A stretch of 64,000 nucleotides of DNA from Narcine bancroftii (taxonomy: Eukaryota). The notes beneath the pieces were generated by a model. It was not told the origin of the DNA, did no database searches, and was given only the letters and a program-made list of their open reading frames with translations. This document shows, piece by piece, positions 12,020 through 25,189 of the stretch. Where the stretch lies: assembly GCF_036971445.1 (NCBI RefSeq), contig NC_091476.1, positions 24,490,001 through 24,554,000 of the forward strand, read 5' to 3'. Position numbers and translations under genes: made by a program. Position 1 is the first letter of the stretch; each line of letters starts with the position of its first letter.

Positions 12020-14340
12020 TAGACTTAATTTACAATAAATTATTTACAAAAAAGTCAAAGTCTGTATCCATACATTCCCATCTTTGTACATTGTTACACA
12101 ACATGGTTACACTATGTTGTTACTCTCCCCACTTGATTGAGGGGCCTCAGTCTCAGTCCCTCAGTGATAGAATGACTCTGGTCCTTCTCCACAGCAACCT
12201 CTCATTGGCTGCACCAAGCCTCAGTGCATCCCTCAGCAAGTACTTCTGCACCCTGGAAAGTGCCAGTAGGCAGCATACCCTCACCGACATCTCTGTGTGC
12301 TGCAAGACCACGTTTTGGGCAGAACAAAAAGTGTCTTTCACCGAGATGATGGTCTTCCAGTAGTTCTAGATATTTGTCTCTGTGTGACCCCAGGAACAGG
12401 CTGTAAATAGACTGCTTCTAAGGATGAACTGTCATGAGGACCCTTGCATCCTTCTTCACACACTGAGCAAATCTGCATTCCACAAAGGTGGACAACCGTC
12501 TCCACTCCACCGTAGTCATTTTGGTTGATATTGTGGTCAAATCAGGCCAAAACATCACCCACGTTCTGGTGTTTGTTTATGAGCACTGGACAGTCAACTC
12601 AGGGAACAGTACCCATCAAGTCCTCATCTCTCAGTGTCTGCAGGGCCTTCTGTGCTTAACTCTGCATGATGGATTGTGGTAAAGGTGTTTGGAAAAACGT
12701 TTTCACAAAGGATAGGTGGTGTGTCAAAGTCTAGCTGACTGGGACATGGCAAGGCAACAGGGCTTCACAACACCTGGGCCAGGTAAAATCTCAGGACATA
12801 GCAGCACTTGGTGCCCTTGGGCTTTGGTTCCATGCACAGACTGATACAGCCACAGAGGAAGGTGGTCATCAGGATGAACGCCATGAAGGGAACACCCTTG
12901 CCCCTGTTGTCTGGCAATTTGTACATGGCAACCCTTAGGACCCTTTCCATCTTGTATCCCCATATGAATCAGATCTGCTCTGGAGACTGCCAGGGAAGGG
13001 GTTCAGGGATGGGTCACTCCTGTGCCACCTACATCATTACTAGGAGCATCTTGCACCTGATGACCAGGTTCTTCCCTGATATTGAGAGGGAGCTATTACA
13101 AACCCAGAGGACCCCAAAACCCAGCAGCAACAGAAATTCACCAAGACAAATGGTTACTTAAACAAAAGTAGCTTTTAATGATCTTTAAACATGAAAACAA
13201 GATCAAATTCTAACTTATTGCTATTAACTTACTTAACCTAACAACCCCCCCTTCTAATTCTAAATGCACATGTATGTAATGTGTATGCAAGTTCAGAAAA
13301 GTTCTTTGATTCACAGTCTAATCTCACTCCTCCAAGTTCACTGGTTGCAGGCAATTCTTATACTGTGCACAGAATTTAACATTTAATGAATCTTCACCAG
13401 GCTTTGGTGCTTGAAAGGTAAATGGGTACCTCAGGAAGGTTCTTGTTGGTTTTCAGAGAGAGATTTATTGTTCCCGGACACAAACTGATTCCTTTTAATC
13501 AGCCACGTCAGAGTCTTTGCGAAGAAACTTGCCCCATCAGGGTTTTCCAGATGATAACCTCTTTCTCCAGGTCACCAAAGAGTTCCCTTTTGTTTCTCTT
13601 ATTTCAAGTAAAACATGAGGCAACCAGTCCTCTCCTCTTGCATGGACCAAAGGGCTTTGACTCACAACCCATCTTATAAATGGGGTTATTCCACAAGCTT
13701 TCCAGCTTGTCCTGTTCCAGTCCCAGCTGCTGCTGCTGCTGAAATGTAAAACTGAATTCTCTCTCTCTCCCCCAGAGAAAAGCCCGTTTGACTCTCTCTG
13801 CTTGCAAAACCACATGACCCCCTTAGAACAGCAACCTGCAATCAGACAGCCTGCAGCTCTGAACCTAATCCTCAGAGTTCTTTCATCTGTTGCTTTTCTA
13901 AACAACAATCCATTACTGAAGTCTCTAATATGCACTCCCCAAAGCTTTTGCAAAGGCACTCGGAGCCAGCCTGTCTGACTTGAGCAGAGCTCCAGTATTT
14001 TAAATGAGATCTGTTTTGAAGTGTTTATATGTGACCTACACTAAAAAAACCTGCCCCAATTTATTTCCTTTAAAACATATCTAGATACAATATAAAACAC
14101 AACATAATTCAGTCACAGAGTGTTGCGCCCACAGACCAAATTTCTTGTGGACCTATGACCTTGCACATCTCAGTCCCTCCAAACCATATCCAACATCTTC
14201 AGGTAGGCAGACCTGCCTGAAGAGGATGGTGGACTGGTCAGACCAATTACCGAAGAGCTTTGCCTTGTTCTTCCAGTTTACCCTGTTGCAGGATGCAGAC
14301 TCACTAAACTGGCCAGTTAATCTATAATGTATGAGTGTGG
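12020..14340 (-). mobile_element. Tx1-clade LINE, 5'-truncated and decayed ORF2, interrupted by a solo LTR
   Basis: Minus-strand peptides ..SASCNRVNWKNK..FGNW, GLWAQ.SLSISGKNLVIR (rejoined across the LTR), YKLPDNRGKGVP and WKTIISVKDT....LLRDALRLGAAN are typical of Tx1/L1 ORF2. Confidence 0.8.
13094..14117 (-). mobile_element. Solo LTR (about 1.0 kb, Gypsy-type) nested in the Tx1 element
   Basis: Ends TATTACA (from TGTTACA) and AGTCACA. 4-bp TSD GAGC/GAGT. Removing it rejoins the Tx1 ORF2 sequence. Confidence 0.8.
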
Positions 14341-15269
14341 AGTAATTTTGAGTAGCTAGTGCCCGATGCAAAAATGGGAAATGTGTATTAAGTCACAGAT
14401 AAGCAGTCAATGTAAAGATCTTCAGAATCTTAAAGGCTAAACTCTTCAAATTTTAACCCTTATATGTTGAAAATTAACTTCCTGGTTGCTGCTGTGGCAA
14501 TACTCACACGTTACTTTTGTTCTTTTAAGTTTTGTTAGCAACAAGCATCAACCTCTGGGTAATTCTTATGCAGAGCCCAGTAAAAGATAAGTAATCACTG
14601 TAAATAGTGATTAGATCAATAAATCAATGTAGATTAAATAAAAAAATAACATTTGCTGCTTCTTTAAAGATGTGGCTTATCCCATTCCTAGTAACTATCA
14701 TGACAGGTTTCAGTGGAAAATTACCTAACATACTATAAAAGAAAAATAGATGAGGGCTTTTGAAAGATGTGGAACAGCAAGCTGCCTGTCGTTTACCAAG
14801 TCCAGACCAGGGCAGGATAAGACAAGGCTAGCCAGCGGCAGGACTGTAGCTCACGTTTCCCTGAGCTGTTCATTGAATTCAATGATTGCCTTCAAATAAT
14901 GAGACAGACATTGAGAAAATAGTACTTTTAACTTAAAAACTGATGAATTAAATTGTGCATTTCTAGACTAGGAACAAAAGACCTTAAGCAGCATCCCTAA
15001 GCATAACATTCTGCTGTTGTATATTGGCTTATTTTGTATACAATTTTGTTATGCAAACAACTGTCATTTAAGGAAGTGGTATCAAATATTTGTTAACAAT
15101 TAATCTGCTAAATGAAATCTGAGAGCCAATCCACAAGAAAACTGATCACCTTGTGCCAACAGGAAGAATGTCCCCAGCACCAGAAATAACATGATGCTTT
15201 GGATCTGGGAGGTTACTTTTTGACCCGAGTCTGTCTAATTGGAGTCACTGCAGAGAAAACATTTGTTTT

Positions 15270-16115
15270 TATATCATACCCCATGAAAACAGTTCTTCAG
15301 CCCAACTGACCAGTATATGCTATCCATACTATTTCCACCTACTATATCCCTCTAAACCCCTCCCATCCTCTCCTTGTAACTGTCCACTATTTTCTTAAAC
15401 ATTGCAATAGCACCTACCTCAAACACTAGACGTTCTCCCTGTGTCTACAAGGGTTTCCTCCGCATGCTCTGGGTTTCTCCCACTGTTCAAAAACATACTA
15501 CGGGTTGTAAGTAAATTGGGTTTAATTAGGCAGCATGAGGCTTGTGGGGCAAAAGGGTTGTATGCCTAAAAATTTAAATCTCTCCCCTTCATCTTATGTC
15601 CTTTGGTTTCCAGTTCCCCTACTCTGGGGAGAAAAGACTGTGCTTTCACTTGATCTATTCCCCTCATGATTTTTGTACACCTCTACAGGTTCAGCCCTTT
15701 TCCTCCTGCTGTCCAAAGAATAAAGCCCCTACCTGCTCAACCCAGGATTGGCACCAAGGGGGGCATCCGCAGGCATTGCCCCCAAGCGATGTGCTGTGCC
15801 CTTTCAAATGTTCACGGTCATTGCTCGCCAGACATGCCCCTCCCCGCACCGGCGTAACTCGTGTGCATGAAGGGTCACTAGATACAAGTGGCCCATGCTG
15901 TGTGCATCAAGCGTCACTAGTGGCTAAAAGCAGTGCTCTCGGCACCTACATCGGAGGGGTGGATGATGGTAACAGCACCCCCTCCCCCCACCAATGCCCA
16001 CCACTAACATCCATTCTGGTGCCGACACTGGCTCAACCCCCCCGATAGCTCAGGTCTTGGCAACATCCTCGTAAATCTTCTCTGGAACTCTTCAGCTCAA
16101 CAACTTCTTTCCCAT
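15270..16115 (-). mobile_element. CR1-type LINE 3' fragment broken by a SINE piece (about 15430-15575) and a hAT MITE
   Basis: Typical CR1 3' reverse sequence (ccctctaaacccctcccatcc, ctctggggagaaaagactgtg, ggcaacatcctcgtaaatcttctctg). Confidence 0.65.
15743..16030. mobile_element. hAT-type MITE (288 bp)
   Basis: TIRs CAGGATTGGCACCA / TGGTGCCGACACTG. Perfect 8-bp TSD GCTCAACC at 15735-15742 and 16031-16038. Confidence 0.85.
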
Positions 16116-16131
16116 TTTGAATACATCATCT

Positions 16132-16650
16132 CTTCTTTCTTTGGCTTGGCTTCGCGGACGAAGATTTATGGAGGGGGTAAAATGTCCACGTCAGCTGCAG
16201 GCACGTTTGTGGCTGACAAGTCCGATGCGGGACAGGCAGACACGGTTGCAGCGGTTGCAGGGGAAAATTGGTGGGTTGGGGTTGGGTGTTGGGTTTTTCC
16301 TCCTTTGCCTTTTGTCAGTGAGGTGGGCTCTGTTGGTCTTCTTCAAAGGAGGTTGCTGCCCACCAAACTGTGAGGCACCAAGATGCACGGTTTGAGGCGA
16401 TATCAGCCCACTGGCGGTGGTCCATGTGGCAGGACCAAGAGATTTCTTTAGGCAGTCCTTGTACCTTTTCTTTGGTGCACCTCTGTCACGGTGGCCAGTG
16501 GAGAGCTTGCCATATAACACGATCTTGGGAAGGCGATGGTCCTCCATTCTGGAGACGTGACCCACCCAGCGCAGCTAGATCTTCAGCAGCGTGGACTCGA
16601 TGCAGTCGACCTCTGCCATCTCGAGTACTCGAGAATACATCATACTTGCT
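16132..16650 (-). mobile_element. RTE (BovB-like) LINE 3' end, young copy
   Basis: GHVSRMEDHRLPKIVLYGKLSTGHRDRGAPKKRYKDCLK plus a C-terminal C2HC motif FPCNRCNRVCLSRIGLVSHKRAC. Near-identical to copies at 46787-47088 and 51087-51441. Confidence 0.9.
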
Positions 16651-17109
16651 GATGAAATGACATTATATTTGTCAACTGTGACTTCATCGAATTCTGGAGG
16701 AACTCAGTGGATCAGGCAGAATCGCTGGTTAGCATCAAAAGTGAGTTGATGTGTCCTGTGGAAGGGATTCAGGCCGAAACATCGACTATCTTTTGCCTTC
16801 CATAGATGCTGCTTAAAATTGCATATGGTTAATGTTGTTGTTGAAATTAATTTGTAGAGTCACAGAATCCAATGAACGAGTGCAATAGGCACATAATCGA
16901 GCCACATTGTTTTCCATTAAAGTATTCCATGATGTTTTTAAGAATGGTGCAACTTGTTAAATAGAGTTGAAAACTGGCTTTTCATCAAAAGTGTGATCAG
17001 TTTTAGCCAATTTATTTTTTACTGACTAATTATATTGAAAGCTGGGCATACAAAAACAATTAAAAACTTTTCCCCACATCTCTGGTGTTCTTTGGAACTC
17101 CATCGCAAA

Positions 17110-17345
17110 TTGGACAGCACAGTTACAGCACCAGCGGGCGGGACCGGGTTTTGAATCCTGCGCTGTCTGCAAGGAGTTTGTATATCCTCACTATGTATGT
17201 GAGGGTTCCCCCCCCCCCCCCCCCCCCGGGGCTTCAATTTCCTCCCACCATTCAAAATGTACTGAGGATTGTAGGTCAATTGGATGTAATTCGGCAGCAA
17301 GGGCTCATGGGCCTGTTACCATATGTCCAAATTTAAATTTAAACT
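17110..17345 (+). mobile_element. tRNA-derived V-SINE (HE1-like)
   Basis: ttacagcaccagc..gggttttgaatcc..ctgtctgcaaggagtttgta..ttcctcccacc pattern shared with the other SINE copies in the window. Confidence 0.75.
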
Positions 17346-18135
17346 TTACAGATTCAGGCAAAATTTAGTTGCTTTCCACAAGATTGAGAATCAAGCAGAC
17401 ACAGTGCTCATATGTATTGTCACAGAGAAGAATCAAATTTTCAACATATGTCCTACGTGACCAAGCATCTGCAATCAATGGAAAATTACCTGGACAATTT
17501 CCATCACAGATAGAAATTGCAGTGGGTGAAAATGGCTTTTAGGATTGCATCATATATACAGCATTATCTTTAAAGGAAATATTTAGCAAGCTCTTTTGAA
17601 CCTTTGGACAAATTCAAATGCAATTGTTAAAATCATTATCTAATAAACAATTAAGTTGTGTGCTTTATTTTGGACTCACAAAGTGTGATTCAGCTGATGG
17701 ACAACTTTTGAAGGTAAAAGGGTGCTGACACAGATTTATTTTAGTTGTGTTTCAAACCTCAACATACTTTTACACAAAGGGTTAGATCGTCACTGTAGTC
17801 ACTGATAGACAGAACATTGTTTTATTTTTCCTCAGATCATAATATTGATTCTCTGTAGAACTAATTAACATGCACAGAAAAGAAACATTAAAATGTAAAA
17901 ATGTCATTCATACAGACCGTCAGAACCAAGGGCAATTTAAAACAAATTTGACGTCTTATCATTGAGAGGAAGAAGCCAATCTCTTGTTATTTTGTTGCAT
18001 TTTAAAACCCTTTTTTTTTAAAGTCTTCTTAACAGTGAATTTCTGAGCTGTTTATTTTCTGAAAGCCCACTCATTTTCAATAGCAGAGAAGAAAAATCAT
18101 CAAAATTAAAACACTGCCCGTGCAACACTTCCTTC

Positions 18136-18555
18136 TTATCTCCCCAAGTCAGTAAATAATTCTCTTGTATACCGGCTGGTTAAACTGTTAGCGTGCATTG
18201 TAAGCTTGCTGAGGATGTTGAAAAGTCCATTCAAATGATGGTGAAAAAGCTGCTGAAGGTCTCCTAAATTATCATCATCTCCGAGTTTCTCGGGCTCCAG
18301 GCTAGACTTGACTTGTTCATCCTGAATGCCAAACTCAATGTCAGTTCTCATGGATAGGAGAAGCAAGTAATTGTCATACAGATCCCTTTGTTTGGAGACT
18401 CTGTTTACTCTTTGATGTTCCCCTTCTTCTGGGAGATCCCACAGCAAACTTGGCACCATGATTGTTTCATCCATGATGGTGGCAGCTGTTACAAATTTGT
18501 TTAAAGCACTGAACAAGGAATGCTGGTTGTTCTTTAGCTCTGAGAACTGCATCAT
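18136..18555 (-). CDS. Spot14-family protein, MID1IP1-like (139 aa, single coding exon)
   Basis: MMQFSELKNNQHSLFSALNKFVTAATIMDETIMVPSLLWDLP...DLYDNYLLLLSMRTDIEFG...DLQQLFHHHLNGLFNILSKLTMHANSLTSRY carries the Spot14/MIG12 motifs. ATG at 18555 (the ORF track starts at an upstream GTG). Acceptor just upstream at 18580-18581; likely non-coding exon donor at 18779-18780; AATAAA (minus) at 17821 and 17735. Confidence 0.92.
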   Translation of the reverse strand: MMQFSELKNNQHSLFSALNKFVTAATIMDETIMVPSLLWDLPEEGEHQRVNRVSKQRDLYDNYLLLLSMRTDIEFGIQDEQVKSSLEPEKLGDDDNLGDLQQLFHHHLNGLFNILSKLTMHANSLTSRYTRELFTDLGR

Positions 18556-19225
18556 TTTACACAACTTGCAACAATGAATCTAAAACAATGAAAAACAAAT
18601 TAGAGATTACTGGAAAATGAGGGAAGTAATGCAAAATATTAAATGTTTTCAACAAGGATAATGAAAATAATTATGGTATTTCAAAAATACAAAAAAGTTC
18701 TAATTATTAGCAATTATCATAGAATTTTAAACAAAAACAATAGAAAATGCATACATCTGCTTCCGTTTAAAAACACATACCACAGAATCACTCTGCAACA
18801 AAGCAAAAGAGAATGAACCAATCAAGTGTTCCAGCTCTGTTCAAGAGAATTCCCTCTCACACTGCAGACTGTGTAACTAAGTCAGTGCATTAGATTCAGC
18901 TCAATGTGTCCTTGGAAACACCCTAGATTAGAAAACTCATTTCAGTAGGCTCAAAGATGATTGACATCTTTACTAGTCAATCTAAAGGCCAACAGTAACT
19001 ATAATATGGAATTTGCATGATCTAGAAACCTATCGACATCAGTGGGGAGGAGGAAGGCAACTAGGTAGGTTCCACCCATTGCTATTGTGTGTCAATTTTT
19101 ATTAATCTGATCGGGAAAGAATATGATGATCAGAAACATAACTACCCGTTTTAATTCAGAGAAAATAACATTTCTAATTATTCTTGACAAAAGATGATCC
19201 TATCTAAATTACACCATCAGTGATA

Positions 19226-19534
19226 CAGTATATACTCGTATAATTTTCGATACCATGTAAAAGTTGACCCCACGTTTTTGACCCCATCCGCCTGCCCATC
19301 CAGGCTCCCGGAACCCTGACTGTGGATGCTTGCCTTGGCTGCCAACCCATCCGAGCTCCTGATGCCCCGAATGTGGACTCACCACCCAGTCCCCACCATT
19401 CGACCTCCCATCACCTTGAACGACGCAGGTGTTTAACATGAACAAAAGTTTGACCTGCGTAAAAATCCACCACCTCCCTAAATTTGACCTAAAAAATTGG
19501 TCCAAAAATTCAAAGATTACACAAATATATACAG
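19226..19534. mobile_element. Tc1/pogo (Tc2-like) MITE
   Basis: TIR cagtatatactcgtataattttcga versus the reverse complement of the right end, ctgtatatatttgtgtaatctttga. TA on both sides. Internal short GC-rich repeats. Confidence 0.75.
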
Positions 19535-19734
19535 TATCCATAAAGGTACAGAAACCGAAACTGATTAATTTCCAAATTGGGTGATGCATTTTCCATGTCA
19601 AACCTGCACTGACTAATATTATTCCTTGTGTTATTGAAAATTGGAAAGCTACTTGTATATGCATAACCCAACTAAGTTTAATGATGCTGCTTTTTTTCTA
19701 TAGTGGCACAAATTACATTTATTTAAATTTCCAT

Positions 19735-19970
19735 ATTTAGACATACAGCACTGTAACAGGCCATTTTGGCCTACAAGCCCGTGCAGCCCAATTTACACCC
19801 CATTAACCTACAACCTGAGACATCTTGAATGGTGGCTGAAATTGGAGCCCACAGATAAAACCCATGCAGACACGGGAGAACGTACAAACTCCTTACAGAC
19901 AGCGCGGGATTCAAACCCCGATCCAGCCCCAAAGGCGTTGCGCTAACTGCTACACCAACTGTACCGCCCT
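19735..19970 (-). mobile_element. tRNA-derived V-SINE (HE1-like), near full length
   Basis: Reverse strand reads ggcggtacagttggtgtagcagttagcgc (A box) ... ggtttgaatccc (B box) ... gtacgttctcccgtgtctgcatggg (V domain). Confidence 0.85.
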
Positions 19971-20109
19971 GTAAATGTAAAGGTGATTTCACAGGCAGGT
20001 TCCCTTTTACACACCTGCTCTTCTTTGAGGCCCTAGTAATTTCTGCCTGAACCTGAACTCACAACTGCATTCAAGGGCACCTATCCCGGATTCCTCAAAA
20101 CCATATATA

Positions 20110-20410
20110 ACCATAAAACAATTAAAGTACAGAAACAGGCCATGTCGGCCCTTCTAGTCCACACCGATTTAAGTGATCTCCTCTAATCTCACCTACCTGC
20201 TCCCTGTCCATAAACCTCCAATCCACTCAGATCCATGCACTTATCCAACCTTCTCTTAAATGACAACATTGATCCTGCTGCAACCATCTCTTCCAGAAAA
20301 TCATTCCATTCAGCCAACACTCTCTGAGTGAAGAAGCTTCCTCTCATGTTACTTCTAAACTTTTGCCCCCTAACCCTCAACTTATGTTCCAATCTCACCT
20401 ATCCTCAAGT
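20110..20410 (-). mobile_element. CR1 LINE 3' end
   Basis: HKLRVRGQKFRSNMRGSFFTQRVLAEWNDF....SFKRRLDKCMD is the CR1 ORF2 C-terminus. Confidence 0.85.
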
Positions 20411-21079
20411 ACCTGATCTCCTTAATTCCACTCCATCAACACTAACCACAACATCCTTCTGTAAATAACTCACCCAGCTCCATTAAATGAGCATTGGTCC
20501 TGGATTCAGTTACCCTCACCCAAATACAAATTAGCCCCAACTCAGAAGCTGCACCCCTCTGCCGTAATCTGCACCAATTAGCTCAACAATCTCCTAAATA
20601 GTAATCATAACCCTCACAATGAACCTCCTTCTCCAGCACTCAGCCATCTTCTGAAAACTACCAGATCTGTCCCCTCCCCTGAACAGACTTCTTTTGCAAA
20701 CTTTGTCAATATGGCAGGTGAAGAAAAGGCTTTACTTTCCTTTAAGCCCAACTATGTTTCTTTTTGACCTGGCCTTTGGTGCAATTCAATTGTTAATGTG
20801 GCATGTTCATGAAAAACATTGGCAGTGCATGGTGGATTTAAATTCCCTGTAGTGCTGATGAACTTCTAGACTGGAGAATATTTGGCAGCAAGTGACAAGG
20901 CACAAACCAGGGGTGGGATGGAGTTAAATGTAACTCCAGCAATTCTGAAATAATTCAGCACCATCCCATACAAAGCAGCCAGCTTTATTGATGACTCACC
21001 AACCACTTCATCGTGGCTGCATTGCATACAATCTATAACATACACCCAGCGATTTGCTGAGTTTACTCTGTCAACGGCA

Positions 21080-21270
21080 TGCTTAGAGTAGTGGTTGGCA
21101 CAACACTGTTACAGCACCAGTGACCGGAGGTTTAAATCCCGCGCTGTCTATCAGGAGTTTGTACATTCTCCCCGTGCCCACCCTCCAAAAGCACCAGGGT
21201 TGTAGGTCAATTGGATGAAATTGGGCGGCACAGGCTCACGGGTGAAAGGGCCTCTAAAAAATTAAAATTA
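21080..21270 (+). mobile_element. tRNA-derived V-SINE, internally deleted
   Basis: gtagtggttggcacaacactgttacagcaccagtgacc..aatcccgcgctgtc..ggagtttgtacattctcccc. Confidence 0.75.
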
Positions 21271-21479
21271 AACACCTCAGCCATAATGAAAGTGAAAAGC
21301 AAAAGGCACCTGGGAACTGCGTAATCTGCAGTTTTCTTGATTAGGAAAGTACATTTCTAACCTTCATTAGAGGGATTGTAACAGTTCAAAATGGCAGTTA
21401 TCCAACATTTAAACAACATTTAGACAGATACACAGATAGAAAAGATTTGGAAGGAGGTGAAAATGAAACAAGTTGAGAT

Positions 21480-22020
21480 AGTTCAAGTTTATTATCATCG
21501 GATTGTACATATACAACTCCATGAAACAGTGCATCTCCAAACCATGGTGCACACATAAACATAACATAAAAATAATTTACAAGTTTCTAGGATTGTTAAC
21601 CAGTATCACTGTCTGCAGGGAGAAGCTGTTTCCCACCCTGGCAATCCTGGTTTTTATACTGCACCTCTTCCACGAAGATACTGTGCATTGTATAGTAAGA
21701 GTCCTCCATGATTCTCTGAGCACCGTTTCCTGTAGCTATTGAGAGAAGGGAGGCCCAAGTTTAAATCACCCCTCATACTGACCTTCGATCTGATGCTTTG
21801 CAGCTACCATAACACACCATAATGCTGCCAGGCAGGACACTCTTTGTTGTTCTCCCATAAAACATTGTTCGGATAGTGGCTGATAGCCTTGCTCTCCTCA
21901 GGAAGTGTAAGCGCTGGTGTGGTGGGTCCAGGATAGGTTGTCCTTGAAATGGATGCCTGCCGTGTATTGGGGAGTGGTCCTTCATCCTCCTGAAGTTCAC
22001 AATCATCTCCTGACCAATCA
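21480..22020 (-). mobile_element. Rex-Babar-like LINE fragments
   Basis: EMIVNFRR, HQRLHFLRR, MFYGRTTKSVL and SIMVCYGSCKASDR are Rex1/Babar ORF C-terminal motifs; 3' tail ttcaagtttattatcat. Confidence 0.7.
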
Positions 22021-22245
22021 ATCAAATTAGTCAGTGTGAACAAGTTAGACAAAGGGACCATTTTCCATGTTGTAAAACTCTAGAATCACCTCAAGGACAA
22101 TGATGTATTGGCAATAATTGCTGAATTTGCTAACAATGCCTTCATCCCCTCAAAAAATAAAGGATTTGAGATTTTTTGAGAAGCCTTGATATCATCAATT
22201 AGCAATATAATAAAACAAAATTTTATCACATCATTTTTCAGAAAT

Positions 22246-22572
22246 ACAAAAGTGCACCCTGACTTATGATAGCCCATCTTAATGATTGTTCAAAGTTACG
22301 ATGGTTCAAATCCGTACTTTCATATTTGAATTCTGATCTGTTTCCACGCTTGTGATATGTGCTACACTACTCTCTCACATCCTCACTATCCAGCAATTAA
22401 TTTTAGTTTAATGCTTTCAGATGTGTACATTAATGGTTTTATCAGAATAAAGGGTATTCAACATTTAATAATAAAAAATGGTAGGTGCGGTATTCTTTTC
22501 TCAATGTATGATCCCCCCGACTTACAATCGGGTTGCCAGAACTCAACCCCAGCGTAAGTTGAAAAGCACCTG
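22246..22572. mobile_element. Tigger/pogo-like MITE
   Basis: Ends gtgcaccctgacttatga and gcgtaagttgaaaagcacctgt; internal ttacgatggttc and cgacttacaatcgggtt are typical of Tigger-like MITEs. Confidence 0.55.
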
Positions 22573-22639
22573 TCCTCTCAGAGGTGATATTTTTTCCAAC
22601 AAACAAAATACAGTACTTGATAAATCGTCTAAAATGAAT

Positions 22640-23838
22640 AGAGTAAAACCTGTTATCCAGAATTCAAGCAACCAGCAAAAAAAGAAAATAAATAGATAAA
22701 ATGAATTAAAATTCTAATAAAAGTTTAAAATTGTAAAAGTAAATGTTCTCTGAAGTAACACATGGTGAAGGTGGGAGCAAATATTCAGCCAAATACTTTG
22801 GCTGTGATTTACTTGTAGCAGCTGTTTGAATAAAGTTGTGTGAATGGCATCACCCGGGATGAGGAGTTGGTTGCTGCCACTTTCCATTGGGTGACTCTCT
22901 TAAAGTGTCTCCTTATTCCTGCTTAGTAAGAGTCGCTAGCTCGAAAAGTTGTCATAGCTGAAGGGTGGTAGTGGGGACGAGCTCCCACTGCTACACAAAT
23001 GGTCTTCCTGGACGTGCGTCTCAAACAGCTTCTGACAACCAAGTCCAATTCCTGGCCTTCATGTGTGGCATAGCTCATGTTCAGCAGAGCTGTTCTCACT
23101 GACAGGAGAAGGGGCAAAGGCAGGATCCTGGTATCTTGAAACCAGTTGTACTGGGCAGATGTAGTTTGTTAACCATGGATGGCAACTCATCTAGGAGAGG
23201 GAAAACTTCAAACCTCCATTCCCTTGTGGCTATACCCATTCACGAGAAAGGCTTTGGGAGCAAACCCTGAGGAAAAACCCGGAGTTAGGAGTCCCAAAGG
23301 CAGCTGACTGCTGTACCCTACACCTCCTGCAATGCTGCTGGCACCAAACTGTATCAACCTTCGTCATTCCTTTAGGTCTATATTGGCATGGAGCAGGGGT
23401 GGGAGGGGTCCCACTGCATAGGCAACAGACGGATCTCGATATCTACTCTGCGCTGTGTCCTGGAGAGACCACTCCAGCTTTTCATCAGACGCAATGTTCA
23501 TGGTCAACTACGACTGACTGAGGCCACAAAAAAAAGGCTTTATCTATAAACTTGGAGGAGAGTGGGTTAATTATTAATTATTGTTAATCTTTTGGGTAAC
23601 TCCGTGGAGGAACTTGGAGATGCAGTTAAATGTGCTTGAAAATACTGTAAAGGAAAATGCTTCGAGGTTTATATATTCATTCAAGTGAAGTTTGTTCAGT
23701 GCATTTTTGTCTTTTAAACTATTTATTCAGTGCAGGTGTATAATTAGGCATTGTAAGAGTGAATCTCAAACAACCAGAAAACCTGTTTAACTGGCATCTA
23801 CCAATCCCCATAAGGCGTTAGATTCCAGGTTTTACTAT
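22640..23838. mobile_element. Tigger-like non-autonomous element carrying a nested insert at about 22925-23530
   Basis: Ends (gtaaaacctgttatccagaattcaagcaacc / gcatctaccaatcccca...ccaggttttactata) match the short MITE at 63164-63373. Confidence 0.6.
22925..23532 (+). mobile_element. Probable RTE-associated non-autonomous retroelement (RTE 5'-type head)
   Basis: ggagaaggggcaaaggc...ggatggcaactcatctaggagagggaaaacttcaaacctc resembles RTE 5' regions; ends in a short A run. Confidence 0.45.
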
Positions 23839-25189
23839 AACCTTTGTTTATTACTGTTTTTGAACTTAAAATAATTCAACAATAGTTAATAAGCTCTTTT
23901 ACAATGTATCTACTGTTGCAATGATACCACAACTGATTTGGCACACTAACATCCCACAGTAGCAAAGATATACATTTTGTCTGATATTGGCTGAGGGATA
24001 AATATTGACCATGGAACCAGAACTTTCCTACCATTCCAAAGGTGAAGTAGAGTTAAGGTTTTAGTTTAATACTTCATTCACTGTGGCCAAACTAAATTGT
24101 TCTCCAGACTGACGTGAGAATTGCATTCACACATTTGTGAACATTAGATAAAATTGTTCCAAATTTTGTAAATATGCCCTCCTGAGAAAGGTTGTAAAGG
24201 AGTACACTCTCTCATTTCAAAATGAAACAAATGCACTTATTATTAATGAATGGCAGGAATATTTCATGGAAAATTATAAAATTCAATAGGTTTACTGGGA
24301 AAAAACATTTAGTAATTGCAGGCTACATATGGAAGTATAGCTCCTACTCAATTTTCCCCTTTCCCCAAAACAAAACACTTAATTTTGCCATTGAAATTAA
24401 CGAAGATAGAATTGCTGGAATCAGGCATTCCTGAAACAAATAAAACTTAAGTGTGGTGAATATTTTAAGACTGAAAATTGATGCCTTTCTTAAGAATAAA
24501 TTTGCAGCATTTAACAACCTGGTCTGATGTTTTCAAAGAACAGGAATGCTGGAGCAACTTAGCTGGTCTTGCAATGTCCATCGAAAGTAAAGATATATTA
24601 CTGACGTTTCGCCTTAGGCCAGCATTTTTGTGTTTCGACTACAATCACAGGATATGCAGGCTTTCATGTTTCATTCTAGTCTGAAGTTTTCCCCATGTCA
24701 TCTATCATTGATAAGGAAATCAAACTGGCATGAAGATAAGCTCGAGGTGTTAAACAATTACCACAATGTTACCATAATGCATTTTCTCACGTAGCTAACC
24801 CTAACCCTATTGCTCATCCTCAAAATGTCAAGAAGATTTAACATACATTAAATTTGGTCCAGTACTTCTCTACTTAAAACAAATGCGTGAGATTTCTTAA
24901 GACTTCTAGATACCGAAAAAGTCAAATTTAATAATATGGGCATTTTAAACTTTCACATATGCACCATCTGATTTGAAATGGTACACTCAATTTTCATACA
25001 CTGAATACAGCACAAATCTGGAACATTCATGCCCAGAACAAGTCACCAGTTCCCCAGCCCTTCCCTTTCCTATCCTATCAGAGAGGGGTCCTTCCCCCCA
25101 TAATTTCTCAGCATTTTTCCTCCATCCTGTATCCACCTATGCATAACCTCTGACCTGAGGAATATTTGTAGGCGTCAGGATTTAAGTGC

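Noticed and set aside
24795-24808. Telomere-like CTAACCCTAACCCT
   Set aside because: Only about two units; expected by chance.
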